This document shows, one piece after another, positions 1-7,314 of a DNA stretch of 38,239 nt. Origin of the DNA: a virus. The notes under the pieces are model-generated. The model had not been told where the DNA came from. It worked only from the letters and a program-made list of their open reading frames with translations, and did not search any database. The stretch is taken from the IMG/VR virus record IMGVR_UViG_3300029932_000004, one strand, 5' to 3'. The stretch's first letter is position 1, and the number at the start of each line of letters is the position of its first letter. The position numbers were made by a program, and so were the translations under genes.

Positions 1-77
1 GGTGCAACGCTTCGCGCCAATCGCCGCGAGATATTCGAGCTCAGTTTCAGCATCCATCACAAACATCAGACCCATAT
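1..77. repeat. Terminal direct repeat, copy 1 (identical to 38163..38239); circular-closure overlap
   Basis: The first 77 nt (ggtgcaacgcttcgcg...atcagacccatat) recur exactly as the last 77 nt of the window. A minus-strand gene and its Shine-Dalgarno (SD) sequence read straight across the junction. Confidence 0.95.
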
Positions 78-85
78 ATCACCTC

Positions 86-307
86 CTAGAATGGAATGTA
101 GTCGTCAATCTGGTTGCACTCGCAGCGAGCCTCTTCCTGAGAGAGAGCACCGCCGGGAATAATACATTCATCGTACACAGTGACCCAGCCCGTACCCTGG
201 CAGATATCGCAGGAGTCGGTAGGGGTCGGGTAGAAACGCTCGGCATCAATCCACTCGTTAAACTGCGCCTGTTCACTCTTTGGCAAGTCGTCAATTCCGT
301 TGATCAT
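86..307 (-). CDS. Small zinc-finger protein (CxxCxGxG DnaJ-type motif), first gene of the leftward operon
   Basis: This is ORF-track frame 86..373. I moved the start to ATG 307..305, which is preceded by GGAGAGAG (revcomp of 313..320); the longer version would run into the promoter. The product is 73 aa with the pattern CDICQGTG-x7-C-x13-CEC. Confidence 0.7.
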   Translation of the reverse strand: MINGIDDLPKSEQAQFNEWIDAERFYPTPTDSCDICQGTGWVTVYDECIIPGGALSQEEARCECNQIDDYIPF

Positions 308-357
308 TGTGGCTCTCTCCGGTTCATCGGCGGCTCCATTGCCGCTTCGATGGTTGG

Positions 358-386
358 ATATTACAGTTATCACTCTTATTTGTCAA
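358..386 (-). promoter_or_regulatory. Leftward sigma70-type promoter
   Basis: On the minus strand: -35 TTGACA (revcomp of 381..386), a 17-nt spacer, and -10 TAATAT (revcomp of 358..363). It lies about 45 nt upstream of the 307 start. Confidence 0.7.
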
Positions 387-389
387 TAA

Positions 390-416
390 GAAAATATCGA
401 ATAATAAAATATTTTC
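390..416. promoter_or_regulatory. Operator-like inverted repeat between the divergent promoters
   Basis: GAAAATAT (390..397) and ATATTTTC (409..416) form a perfect 8-bp inverted repeat with an 11-nt AT-rich spacer. It sits exactly between the two -35 boxes. Confidence 0.5.
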
Positions 417-419
417 CAT

Positions 420-448
420 TTGACAGTTTCCCTGTTCCCGTCTATAGT
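420..448 (+). promoter_or_regulatory. Rightward sigma70-type promoter
   Basis: TTGACA (420..425), a 17-nt spacer, and TATAGT (443..448). This is close to consensus. Confidence 0.75.
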
Positions 449-455
449 CTGGCCC

Positions 456-755
456 GTGAACACGCAGAATGAACAAATTGGGGTGACGGAGGCGGCGTTG
501 CTGAAAGGCGTTCGCCGCCAGACCGTCTTGCACTGGATCCGCTCTGGACGACTCCGAGCGGTACGCGTTGGCCGTGCCTGGTCGATTGATCCATATGACC
601 TCGAGATCGTCTACAGGCAACGAACGCGCAACAAAGTCGCCGTAGCAGTGCCGCAGTATCTACAAAATAGATACGAGACGAGCACGCAGGCACACGACAT
701 CGATACACCGGCACAGGTCTCACCCGCAGACCTCGACAGCCTAACGGCTGCATAG
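456..755 (+). CDS. Excisionase/MerR-type helix-turn-helix DNA-binding protein in the Cro position
   Basis: This is ORF-track frame 420..755. The segment IGVTEAALLKGVRRQTVLHWIRSGRLRAVRVGRAWSIDPYDLE matches the HTH_17/excisionase-family pattern. The TTG at 420 is the -35 box itself, so the start is more likely GTG 456 (near-leaderless) or GTG 483. The start is uncertain. Confidence 0.65.
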   Translation: MNTQNEQIGVTEAALLKGVRRQTVLHWIRSGRLRAVRVGRAWSIDPYDLEIVYRQRTRNKVAVAVPQYLQNRYETSTQAHDIDTPAQVSPADLDSLTAA

Positions 756-815
756 TGCCGGGATCCTCCCGAGGTTTGTCTACACACCTGCCCCCGGGAG
801 TCCTCTTTGATGGGT

Positions 816-897
816 CGGATGATCTTTGACACTCTGGAGAGAGACCAGAGTGGATATACCCACATTGTGAACGACAGAAGCGGAGATCCCGCGACCG
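816..897 (+). repeat. Non-coding repeat unit 1 (CGGATGATCTTT ... GATCCCGCGACCG)
   Basis: The 5' end CGGATGATCTTT (816..827) and the 3' end GATCCCGCGACCG (885..897) are both repeated in unit 2. GGATGAT (818..824) can pair with ATCATCC (902..908). Confidence 0.6.
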
Positions 898-948
898 GCC
901 CATCATCCACCTCTGCAAGCGCAGAGATCCATGGCTCTATTCCGACTG

Positions 949-980
949 TGGGAGGAGGGTCTGCAACTCCTCCCATTTAT
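949..980 (+). terminator. Rho-independent terminator-like hairpin
   Basis: GGGAGGAG (949..956), a 9-nt loop, and CTCCTCCC (966..973), followed by ATTTATT. Confidence 0.55.
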
Positions 981-1075
981 TGAGCCTCTCGCGCTGCAAC
1001 CAATCTCTCCAGGCGGAGAGCTGTTCTGTGTGTCCTCGATGGCATCTAGACCACCAGAGCAGTCACGACAGGTCA

Positions 1076-1141
1076 CGGATGATCTTTTGCGTAATAAGTT
1101 TCGTGACAAATCGAGAAGCGATAGCGGTGATCCCGCGACCG
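1076..1141 (+). repeat. Non-coding repeat unit 2 (CGGATGATCTTT ... GATCCCGCGACCG)
   Basis: CGGATGATCTTT lies at 1076..1087 and GATCCCGCGACCG at 1129..1141. The unit is enclosed by GGTCACGG (1071..1078) and CCGTGACC (1139..1146), followed by a T6 run (1149..1154). Confidence 0.6.
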
Positions 1142-1158
1142 TGACCTGTTTTTTATCA

Positions 1159-1186
1159 TTGACAAATAAGGGAAATCGTGAATAAT
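1159..1186 (+). promoter_or_regulatory. sigma70-type promoter upstream of the replication genes
   Basis: TTGACA (1159..1164), a 16-nt spacer, and AATAAT (1181..1186) with TG immediately upstream. The -35 context TTGACAAATAAG is shared with the leftward promoter at 375..386. Confidence 0.6.
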
Positions 1187-1351
1187 AACGATCGTGGTTT
1201 CGGAGTGACGCCCGACGAGACAAGGCCACACATGATAAGCGCAAACAATCACGAGCCTTCAGTGAAGGCGGGTCAGGCAACGGAGACTGTCACTCTCCAC
1301 GCGCTTATCACCTGCCCGTTTTCACTGAGGGCTTTTTCTATTGGAGCACCA

Positions 1352-2206
1352 ATGGCAAATTCACAGATATATGATGAATGGGGATCATTTGCGGCGATTC
1401 CGCACCAGTTCATTGATGCGGCTGGGCAATATTCGGATCATGCGCGGTGGCTATTCGTGCTGCTGCGCCGCTACACCAATGGCGAGAGCGGTAAGGCATT
1501 TCCATCGTATGTTTTGATCGAAGAGCATACCGGGTGGAGTCCTAAGACTATCGCAAAAGCTATTCGAGAACTTGAAGCAGGTGGTTGGATTATTCGAAAA
1601 AAGCAATTCTCCGGCCCAACGATTTACAAGCTGGTCAGACCACAGAACTTCCCAGAGGGAAGTAATGACAGTACTTCCCCTAGGGAAGTATCGTACTTCC
1701 CAGAGGGAAGTAATGCACTTCCCTACGGGAAGTCTAAAAAGACTGATAATAAAAAGACTAATAGTAAAAAGACTGAGTGTGGTGATTCGAGCCGGGCCAT
1801 CCCCGCCAGACCGCACACACCACAGACTGATCAGGATGCTGTATCAATCGCTCTGTCCATCTTCCCGACGTTGGGAATATGGCAGCAGGAGGTGATAGCC
1901 AATGGCGACATCAAGCAATTTCACCTTTGGCGGAAAGCTCTGGAGGACTGGCGAGACAACCGCTACAGTCTCCGGAACATCACCGGGCTGATCGACAGTT
2001 ACTATCGGCTCGAGAAAATGGACAACAGAGACAAGGAGTATCGGAACAATGGAACGAATAGGCCAGTACGCGAATCACACAATGAGCGAGCAATCAGAGA
2101 GACAGTCGAATACATCGGCCGTCTCACCGGAACGCCAATCAGCGATAGCAACACTCATTCAGCAGACACGATCTTTAAGCTCCCTCCCGCTTTCGGTGGG
2201 GAATGA
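1352..2206 (+). CDS. Replication initiator, lambda-O-like (N-terminal winged-helix DNA-binding domain, origin embedded in the gene)
   Basis: This is ORF-track frame 1178..2206. I chose ATG 1352 because GGAG (1343..1346) precedes it. The N-terminus (FAAIPHQFIDA...LFVLLRRYTNGESGKAFPSYVLIEEHTGWSPKTIAKAIRELEAGGWI) looks like the HTH/winged-helix phage replication-protein type. Four iterons and an AT-rich tract lie mid-gene. Confidence 0.7.
   Translation: MANSQIYDEWGSFAAIPHQFIDAAGQYSDHARWLFVLLRRYTNGESGKAFPSYVLIEEHTGWSPKTIAKAIRELEAGGWIIRKKQFSGPTIYKLVRPQNFPEGSNDSTSPREVSYFPEGSNALPYGKSKKTDNKKTNSKKTECGDSSRAIPARPHTPQTDQDAVSIALSIFPTLGIWQQEVIANGDIKQFHLWRKALEDWRDNRYSLRNITGLIDSYYRLEKMDNRDKEYRNNGTNRPVRESHNERAIRETVEYIGRLTGTPISDSNTHSADTIFKLPPAFGGE
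1647..1733. repeat. Origin iterons: four 17-bp dyad-symmetric repeats ACTTCCC-N3-GGGAAGT
   Basis: The copies lie at 1647..1663, 1673..1689, 1695..1711 and 1717..1733. Start-to-start spacing is 26, 22 and 22 bp. Confidence 0.8.
1736..1774. repeat. AT-rich tandem repeat (3 x AAAAAGACT at 15-bp period); candidate DNA-unwinding element
   Basis: AAAAAGACT occurs at 1736, 1751 and 1766, immediately after the iterons. Confidence 0.7.
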
Positions 2207-2207
2207 G

Positions 2208-2654
2208 TTGGCATTTGCCGTGCAGACCTGGACGACGGCTCTCGAGGATATTCCTGATCATATGCTTGGACCCAGCTGGAAGAGGGCAACTAAAGATCAT
2301 GACTGGTCCAAACCATTTCCAGCTCACGCACTGTTGCCAGCATATAAGGCTCTCCTGCTCGAGGATCGGGACAAACGCCAATCACTCGGTGGTCGTCGCC
2401 AGGACGACACGACCCGGTGCCGCTGGTGTGATGATACCGGGTACGTCCCGATCGCAACCTACTGCCCGACGGGTCAGGAGTGGTATTACCCTGTCTATGG
2501 TTGCGAATGCGCGGCCACTCCAATCAATCAGCGGTCGACGGTTCCCGTTCACCCACTCTGGAGCCGAGACGATTACGGGCGTTGGGTTCCGCCGAGTGCC
2601 GATGCCTCGCCCAAGTGCCGCTGCGGGTTCTGCCGCAATAAGGGGTCCTGGTAA
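2208..2654 (+). CDS. Replication-module protein with a Cys-rich C-terminal domain (possible helicase-loader-like N-terminus)
   Basis: This is ORF-track frame 2049..2654. ATG 2049 and ATG 2082 would overlap the initiator gene by more than 120 nt. TTG 2208 follows GGTGGGG (2196..2201) and sits 2 nt after the initiator stop. The C-terminus carries CRWCDDTG, C-x2-YGCEC and CRCGFC. The start is uncertain. Confidence 0.55.
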   Translation: MAFAVQTWTTALEDIPDHMLGPSWKRATKDHDWSKPFPAHALLPAYKALLLEDRDKRQSLGGRRQDDTTRCRWCDDTGYVPIATYCPTGQEWYYPVYGCECAATPINQRSTVPVHPLWSRDDYGRWVPPSADASPKCRCGFCRNKGSW

Positions 2655-3094
2655 TGGCTGCATATCGCTGGAAGTCCAACAGGAAGACGGGCCGTACCAT
2701 CCCATCAGAGCACGCCGAGCAGGTGGCCCTGATGATCTGGGCGGAGATGTCCGAAGGTTCGTACCCGCTTCTCTCGATGCTCTACGCCGTGCCGAATGGT
2801 GGCTACAGGCATCCCTCAGTAGCCGCCAGAATGAAGGCGGAAGGGGTCAAGCCTGGTGTGCCTGACCTCTGCTTACCCGTGGCCCGGTGTGGGCTTCACG
2901 GGCTCTACATCGAGATGAAAGCCAAAGATGGCCGACTCTCCAAACACCAGCAGCGATGGCGCGATCTCCTGATCGCTCAGGGCTACGGGGTGGCCGTGGT
3001 CTATGGTTTCGATGAGGCAAGAACTGTCCTCATCGAGTATCTCAACGATAGATGGAGCCTGACCGAGCATATCAGGCAGGAAGGTCTACAATGA
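2654..3094 (+). CDS. VRR-NUC domain nuclease
   Basis: The motifs SEHAEQVALMIW...AVPNGG...GVKPGVPDL...GLYIEMKAKDGRLSKHQQRW...GYGVAVVYGFDEA follow the VRR-NUC (PD-(D/E)xK) pattern. Confidence 0.8.
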   Translation: MAAYRWKSNRKTGRTIPSEHAEQVALMIWAEMSEGSYPLLSMLYAVPNGGYRHPSVAARMKAEGVKPGVPDLCLPVARCGLHGLYIEMKAKDGRLSKHQQRWRDLLIAQGYGVAVVYGFDEARTVLIEYLNDRWSLTEHIRQEGLQ

Positions 3095-3420
3095 TCAACA
3101 CAATCGAAACAGTCGAAACAATCGCACTCGCAGAGACGACTCTGATATTTCACCTGATCACGCTGGTTGCCAATAATGCGGCCAACGATGTTGCCTTGTT
3201 CCCAGACTCAAGCGCAGTGCGTGAAGAGTACGCCGGACTACTCGAGGCTGCCAATAGTGCGCAGATCGCACTCGAGAAGGCACGCCGCCAGGTGATGGCC
3301 TATTTCAGCGTGATGGCTATGGACGAGCTTGAGGCGGTCGCACTCCGCAACAGGATCGATATGAAGCCCGATCAGCTCTTGTCAGTACTGATTGAAGCAA
3401 AGAAGGAGATGGCACGATGA
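3091..3420 (+). CDS. Hypothetical protein
   Basis: This is ORF-track frame 3052..3420. ATG 3091 is preceded by GGAAGG and forms an ATGA overlap with the VRR-NUC stop. Confidence 0.6.
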   Translation: MINTIETVETIALAETTLIFHLITLVANNAANDVALFPDSSAVREEYAGLLEAANSAQIALEKARRQVMAYFSVMAMDELEAVALRNRIDMKPDQLLSVLIEAKKEMAR

Positions 3421-5249
3421 GCAGACTTTTCACAAAAACTCAAAAGCGAGCATTGATTGTAGACGCCGAAAAAGAAGGCGAGGCGGATCACATTATTCCT
3501 TACAGTCGAGGAGGGCAGACCGACGTTGTAAATGGTCAAATTCTAACGTCAACTGAAAATAGAAAAAAAGCAGCTACACAATTTAAGCCTCGGGAATGGC
3601 AACAAAGAATGTTGCAGTCTTGGATTAATCGGCCCATAGACAGTAAAGGATATTTAGCCGTGTGTGCGCCTGGAAGTGGCAAAACTTCTGCTGCGTTAAT
3701 GATAGTGCGACGATGGTTAAATGGTGCCAGGGATCGTAAAGTAATCATTGTTGTACCATCAAAAAATTTGCAATTATCGTGGCGCGATATCGCAAATAAG
3801 TTTTTTCAAATCAACTTAGAAACTGAAGATTGCAGTTCTAACAAACACGGATTTCATGGCAGTGTCACTACCTATCAAGGCGTCAGTAGTGCGCATGAGT
3901 ATATCCGTAAAAGAGTATCTCAATCAGACACGATGGTGATTTTTGATGAAGTACATCATTGCAGTGATCGAAACGATTGGGGAGGGAAACTTAATAATGC
4001 GTTTGGTTATGCATGTGAAGTTCTAATGTTGTCTGGTACGCCTTGGCGTACAGATAAACACCCTATCAGCTTTGCAACGTACGGATCTGATGGATTAGTA
4101 AAAGCAGATTTTACTTTTACCTATCCTGAGGCGCGGCAAGCCGGTCACATCAGACGACCCAGCTTTTCATTTGAAGCTGGTAAAGTGACAGAAGTAGTTC
4201 AAAACAGATCGTATGTAGTTTCTTTAGATGTGCCAGAAGATGATCAAACGGATTTTAGATTGACGCCGCTTGTAGCCACAGATGATGGTTATATACGTCG
4301 ATTGATTGAAAAGGGTCATAATGCGTTAAAACAAGCACGACAACAGCGACCGCAGGCGGGGGGTATTATAATGTGCATTGATATACCCCATGCTCAACGA
4401 GTTGCAGCACTGGTTAAAAAGATTACTGGTGATGAAGCTGTCATTATTTGTTCAGATCCTGAAATTGAAAACAGCACAGTAGATCAATTTAGAAAAAGCG
4501 ATGCACCATGGTTGGTCACTGTAAAGAAGGTCAGCGAAGGTACTGACATACCAAGACTGGAAGTGCTTGTCTGGCTGACCAATGTAGTATCTGGAACATT
4601 TTTCCATCAAGCCGTTGGGCGCGTTATACGAAAACAATCAACAAACGATGATATAGCGCAAGTGATTCTCCCGGCATTTGCAACCTACGAGCAATATGCC
4701 AAGAATATGGATTCTGAATTTGGCCCTGCTATTGAAGTGGACAAGACTGCATGTCTTGACGAACGTGGTGATATAGAAAGACAACTCAATCAGGCGATTT
4801 ATCAGACGTTTTATTTAGGCACTGAAATGATATGCGTTGACGGTATATCTATTTCTCCAGAAACGTTTGAAAAAGCTAAACAAATATCTGACTTGGCTAA
4901 CATTCCTGTTGAAACAGGTGTGCGTATAATGATCGAATACAATCCCAATTTAGTCTTAACAAATGCACAAATTGAAACCGCTGTTCATGATGAAGTGAAT
5001 ATGCCCTTAGAAGATAAGTTAAAGTATTTGCGTCGAAAGATACAAAACGAAGCAATCTCTTTAGCACGTAAAATCAGAGAAAAGATTTTGACCGATCGTG
5101 ATTTGTCATGGCACATATCTCGGATTCACTATTACTTGAATGACGGGATTAAACAAGAGGAGATGTCTGAGTCACAATTAGAACGCAAGTTACGGGATGT
5201 CATGTATTACCACAACAACCCGGACATGTGGAGAAGCATATATGAATAG
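3417..5249 (+). CDS. HNH endonuclease domain fused to an SF2 (DEAH/ResIII-type) helicase
   Basis: The N-terminus carries an HNH motif, DHIIPYSRGGQTDVVNGQILTSTENRKK. Helicase motifs follow: APGSGKT (I), IFDEVHH (II), LSGTPWRTD (III) and QAVGRVIRK (VI). The gene is visibly AT-rich relative to its flanks. Confidence 0.8.
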   Translation: MSRLFTKTQKRALIVDAEKEGEADHIIPYSRGGQTDVVNGQILTSTENRKKAATQFKPREWQQRMLQSWINRPIDSKGYLAVCAPGSGKTSAALMIVRRWLNGARDRKVIIVVPSKNLQLSWRDIANKFFQINLETEDCSSNKHGFHGSVTTYQGVSSAHEYIRKRVSQSDTMVIFDEVHHCSDRNDWGGKLNNAFGYACEVLMLSGTPWRTDKHPISFATYGSDGLVKADFTFTYPEARQAGHIRRPSFSFEAGKVTEVVQNRSYVVSLDVPEDDQTDFRLTPLVATDDGYIRRLIEKGHNALKQARQQRPQAGGIIMCIDIPHAQRVAALVKKITGDEAVIICSDPEIENSTVDQFRKSDAPWLVTVKKVSEGTDIPRLEVLVWLTNVVSGTFFHQAVGRVIRKQSTNDDIAQVILPAFATYEQYAKNMDSEFGPAIEVDKTACLDERGDIERQLNQAIYQTFYLGTEMICVDGISISPETFEKAKQISDLANIPVETGVRIMIEYNPNLVLTNAQIETAVHDEVNMPLEDKLKYLRRKIQNEAISLARKIREKILTDRDLSWHISRIHYYLNDGIKQEEMSESQLERKLRDVMYYHNNPDMWRSIYE

Positions 5250-5260
5250 GAGATGGCACA

Positions 5261-5911
5261 ATGATTCTCAATGACATTCAGATTGCAAAGCTGGCAAGGG
5301 ACGGGATGATCACGCCATTTGTCGGTCAGCAGGTGCGAGAGGATGAGAACGCGTATACATCATACAAGGTAATCAGCTATGGGCAATCGTCGTATGGGTA
5401 TGATATCAGGCTGGCGGATACGGGATTGCAGAGAATGGTTGATCCACTGATAGATCATGCCTCAATATGGTCAGATAGTTGGCGTGATACAGCAGAACCG
5501 CTTGTGCTGCCAACAGTCGACCCAAAAAGCTTTGATGCGACCAAATGTATGGCCAGTCTTTCTATGGAGCGAGATGAAACTGGCACGTTTTACACGCTCC
5601 CACCCCATGCCTATGCGCTGGGTGTCAGCATCGAGACATTTGATCTCCCCCGGAATATCCTTGGGATCTGCTATTGCAAATCCACCTATGCCAGGTGTGG
5701 CCTGATGGTCAACACTACTCCACTCGAACCCGGTTGGCGTGGTCAGTTGGTAATCGAGCTGGCCAACCTGACCGATCTACCAATGAAGGTCTACGCGGGG
5801 GAGGGTATCGCGCAGGTTGTTTTCTTTGAAGGCGACCAACCCTCGATCACCTATGCTGACAGGGCTGGGAAATACCAGGATCAGCGCGGCATTGTTACGG
5901 CGAGGATATGA
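5261..5911 (+). CDS. dcd: dCTP deaminase
   Basis: The motifs ISYGQSSYGYDIRL, VDPKSFD, CKSTYARCGLMVNTTPLEPGWRGQLVIELAN, GEGIAQVVFFE and YADRAGKYQDQRG match the bacterial Dcd family as I remember it. There seems to be an insertion of about 20 aa (MVDPLIDHASIWSDSWRDTAEPLVLPT) before the VDPK motif. Confidence 0.88.
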   Translation: MILNDIQIAKLARDGMITPFVGQQVREDENAYTSYKVISYGQSSYGYDIRLADTGLQRMVDPLIDHASIWSDSWRDTAEPLVLPTVDPKSFDATKCMASLSMERDETGTFYTLPPHAYALGVSIETFDLPRNILGICYCKSTYARCGLMVNTTPLEPGWRGQLVIELANLTDLPMKVYAGEGIAQVVFFEGDQPSITYADRAGKYQDQRGIVTARI

Positions 5912-6222
5912 TGAGAAAGGAGCTTTATGACAACTTTGTGCAGCGCGTCGAGCTTGACCCTCGATCAGGATGCTGGAACTGGACAGGGCGACGTGACGAG
6001 AAGGGCTATGGGCGCATTTCCCACAATGGCGGCTGGATCAATGCTCATCGTTGGGCCTACGAGTTTTTTGTGGCGGCCATTCCACACGGTTACCACGTCG
6101 ACCATCTCTGTCACAACACCCGCTGTCAGAACCCCTTACATCTGGACGCTGTCACCCCGGCAGAAAATCGACGGCGACAGACAGAGCGCAGCAGACAACA
6201 ACGCAAAATGAGCAAGGTCTAA
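5908..6222 (+). CDS. HNH homing-type endonuclease
   Basis: The motifs GCWNWTG...KGYGRI...AHRWAYE...VDHLCHNTRCQNPLHLDAVTPAEN follow the HNH_3 pattern. Confidence 0.88.
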   Translation: MMRKELYDNFVQRVELDPRSGCWNWTGRRDEKGYGRISHNGGWINAHRWAYEFFVAAIPHGYHVDHLCHNTRCQNPLHLDAVTPAENRRRQTERSRQQRKMSKV

Positions 6223-6241
6223 TCTTTACCGGAGGAACACA

Positions 6242-6907
6242 ATGAACAACCAGAACGATATCACCTCAGAATATCGCACCTCTTTTGACTGGATCATGTT
6301 TCTGATGATCCACTTGGTTCTCATCGGTGGCATTGCCTACGCCGGGTTCCGTATCTACGGGGCTCGGCTGGGTGTGTGGGTCGCAGCATCGGCGTTTATC
6401 GCAGGTGTGACCAGCTCATATCTCTTCGCGAAGATCGTCCCCGGCGAGACGATCATGAAGATCCTTCTCGGCCTATCAGTGGCGGCAAACGCCGGATACC
6501 TGGTTCACAATGGCGCGCAGGCCATTGGAGTCGAGGCCTACAACGCGGCACAGATCCGGAAATACGAGATTGGTATGGCAGCTGCTGCCGGAGCCACCAC
6601 TCGATCCATCGCCCGTGCCCTCGGTGCAAGCGCAAAGGACGCATCCGGGCTGGATATGGCATTTTCTGATCATGTGTCCACAATCGCTGCCATACTCGCG
6701 TTTATTGAGCTGGCACTTGCCATCATCATCTTCTCCATCGCATCGAAGCGCACCAACGCACAGAGACGACTTGCCACGGGTGGAGGATTGCCACAGAGTG
6801 CGCCTCAACCCCTGTCACAGAGCTACAGCACGCCTTCTCCACGTGTGGGGTTCGGTGGCAACTATGCACCAGCACAGAGCAACGGTGACCAGCACCCAAA
6901 AGCCTAA
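6242..6907 (+). CDS. Multi-pass membrane protein, function unknown
   Basis: GGAGGA precedes the ATG. There are several hydrophobic segments (IMFLMIHLVLIGGIAYAGF, VWVAASAFIAGVTSSYLFA, ILLGLSVAANAGYL, TIAAILAFIELALAIIIFSIA) and a Pro/Gln/Ser-rich tail. Confidence 0.7.
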   Translation: MNNQNDITSEYRTSFDWIMFLMIHLVLIGGIAYAGFRIYGARLGVWVAASAFIAGVTSSYLFAKIVPGETIMKILLGLSVAANAGYLVHNGAQAIGVEAYNAAQIRKYEIGMAAAAGATTRSIARALGASAKDASGLDMAFSDHVSTIAAILAFIELALAIIIFSIASKRTNAQRRLATGGGLPQSAPQPLSQSYSTPSPRVGFGGNYAPAQSNGDQHPKA

Positions 6908-7047
6908 CCCCGGTGGCAATAGTCTCCGGGGGTGCACGATCACCGCATACTCTGCCACGTGTGGCGCGGATCCCTGATCCCGTCGATGATGTCGACTGGC
7001 CCGACTCTCTCGAGCCAATTGCCACAGGTGGCAAAGAAGAATGCCAT

Positions 7048-7314
7048 ATGCTTCAACCTGCTGAAAACAAAGAAGTTGACGATGTGGCAAGCCAGATTCC
7101 AAAAGGCGTCAGACTGTCTGTGGATCACGTCCGGGTGAGCGAAAACACATACGCCTTCCGGATCAGATGGAGCAATCCAGATGGCGTCACACCCAAACGA
7201 CCGGCCATCTATTACCAGTGGATCCACGCGGACGTCTTCAAAATGATTACGGAGGATAAAAACCAATATGGCAGCTACAAAGCAAGCATCATCGCCCAAT
7301 TCGAAACCAGCTAG
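7048..7314 (+). CDS. Hypothetical protein
   Basis: This is ORF-track frame 6913..7314. GTG 6913 has no SD sequence. ATG 7048 lies 14 nt after the palindrome TTGCCACAGGTGGCAA. The start is uncertain and 6913 remains possible. Confidence 0.5.
   Translation: MLQPAENKEVDDVASQIPKGVRLSVDHVRVSENTYAFRIRWSNPDGVTPKRPAIYYQWIHADVFKMITEDKNQYGSYKASIIAQFETS

Noticed and set aside
2-976. Track ORFs crossing the control region (2..472 +, 324..620 -, 442..918 -, 611..976 -)
   Set aside because: They run through the divergent promoters or operator, or antisense to the HTH gene, and they lack SD sequences. ORF 2..472 is antisense to two SD-supported zinc-ribbon genes.
931-1185. An 84-aa plus-strand ORF in the gene-poor region (also 903..1280 on the minus strand)
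   Set aside because: It spans the terminator-like hairpin at 949..980, repeat unit 2 and the promoter at 1159..1186, and has no SD. The region is better explained as non-coding.
1178-1351. An upstream extension of the initiator ORF (GTG 1178 or ATG 1232)
   Set aside because: GTG 1178 lies inside the promoter's spacer/-10 region. ATG 1232 has no SD, whereas ATG 1352 has GGAG at the right distance. This extension is still possible and should be checked against homologues.
1647-1774. Short regularly spaced repeats considered as a CRISPR array (also 35671..35720)
   Set aside because: The repeat units are 8-17 bp with 5-9-bp gaps, far too short for CRISPR repeats and spacers, and there are no cas genes. 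Iterons or operator-type sites fit better.
7028-7045. A sigma54-like GG-N-GC element (TGGCAAagaagaATGCC) before ATG 7048
   Set aside because: The GG-to-GC spacing is one nt longer than the TGGCAC-N5-TTGC consensus. The transcript would also start at or beyond the start codon, and no enhancer-binding protein is encoded.
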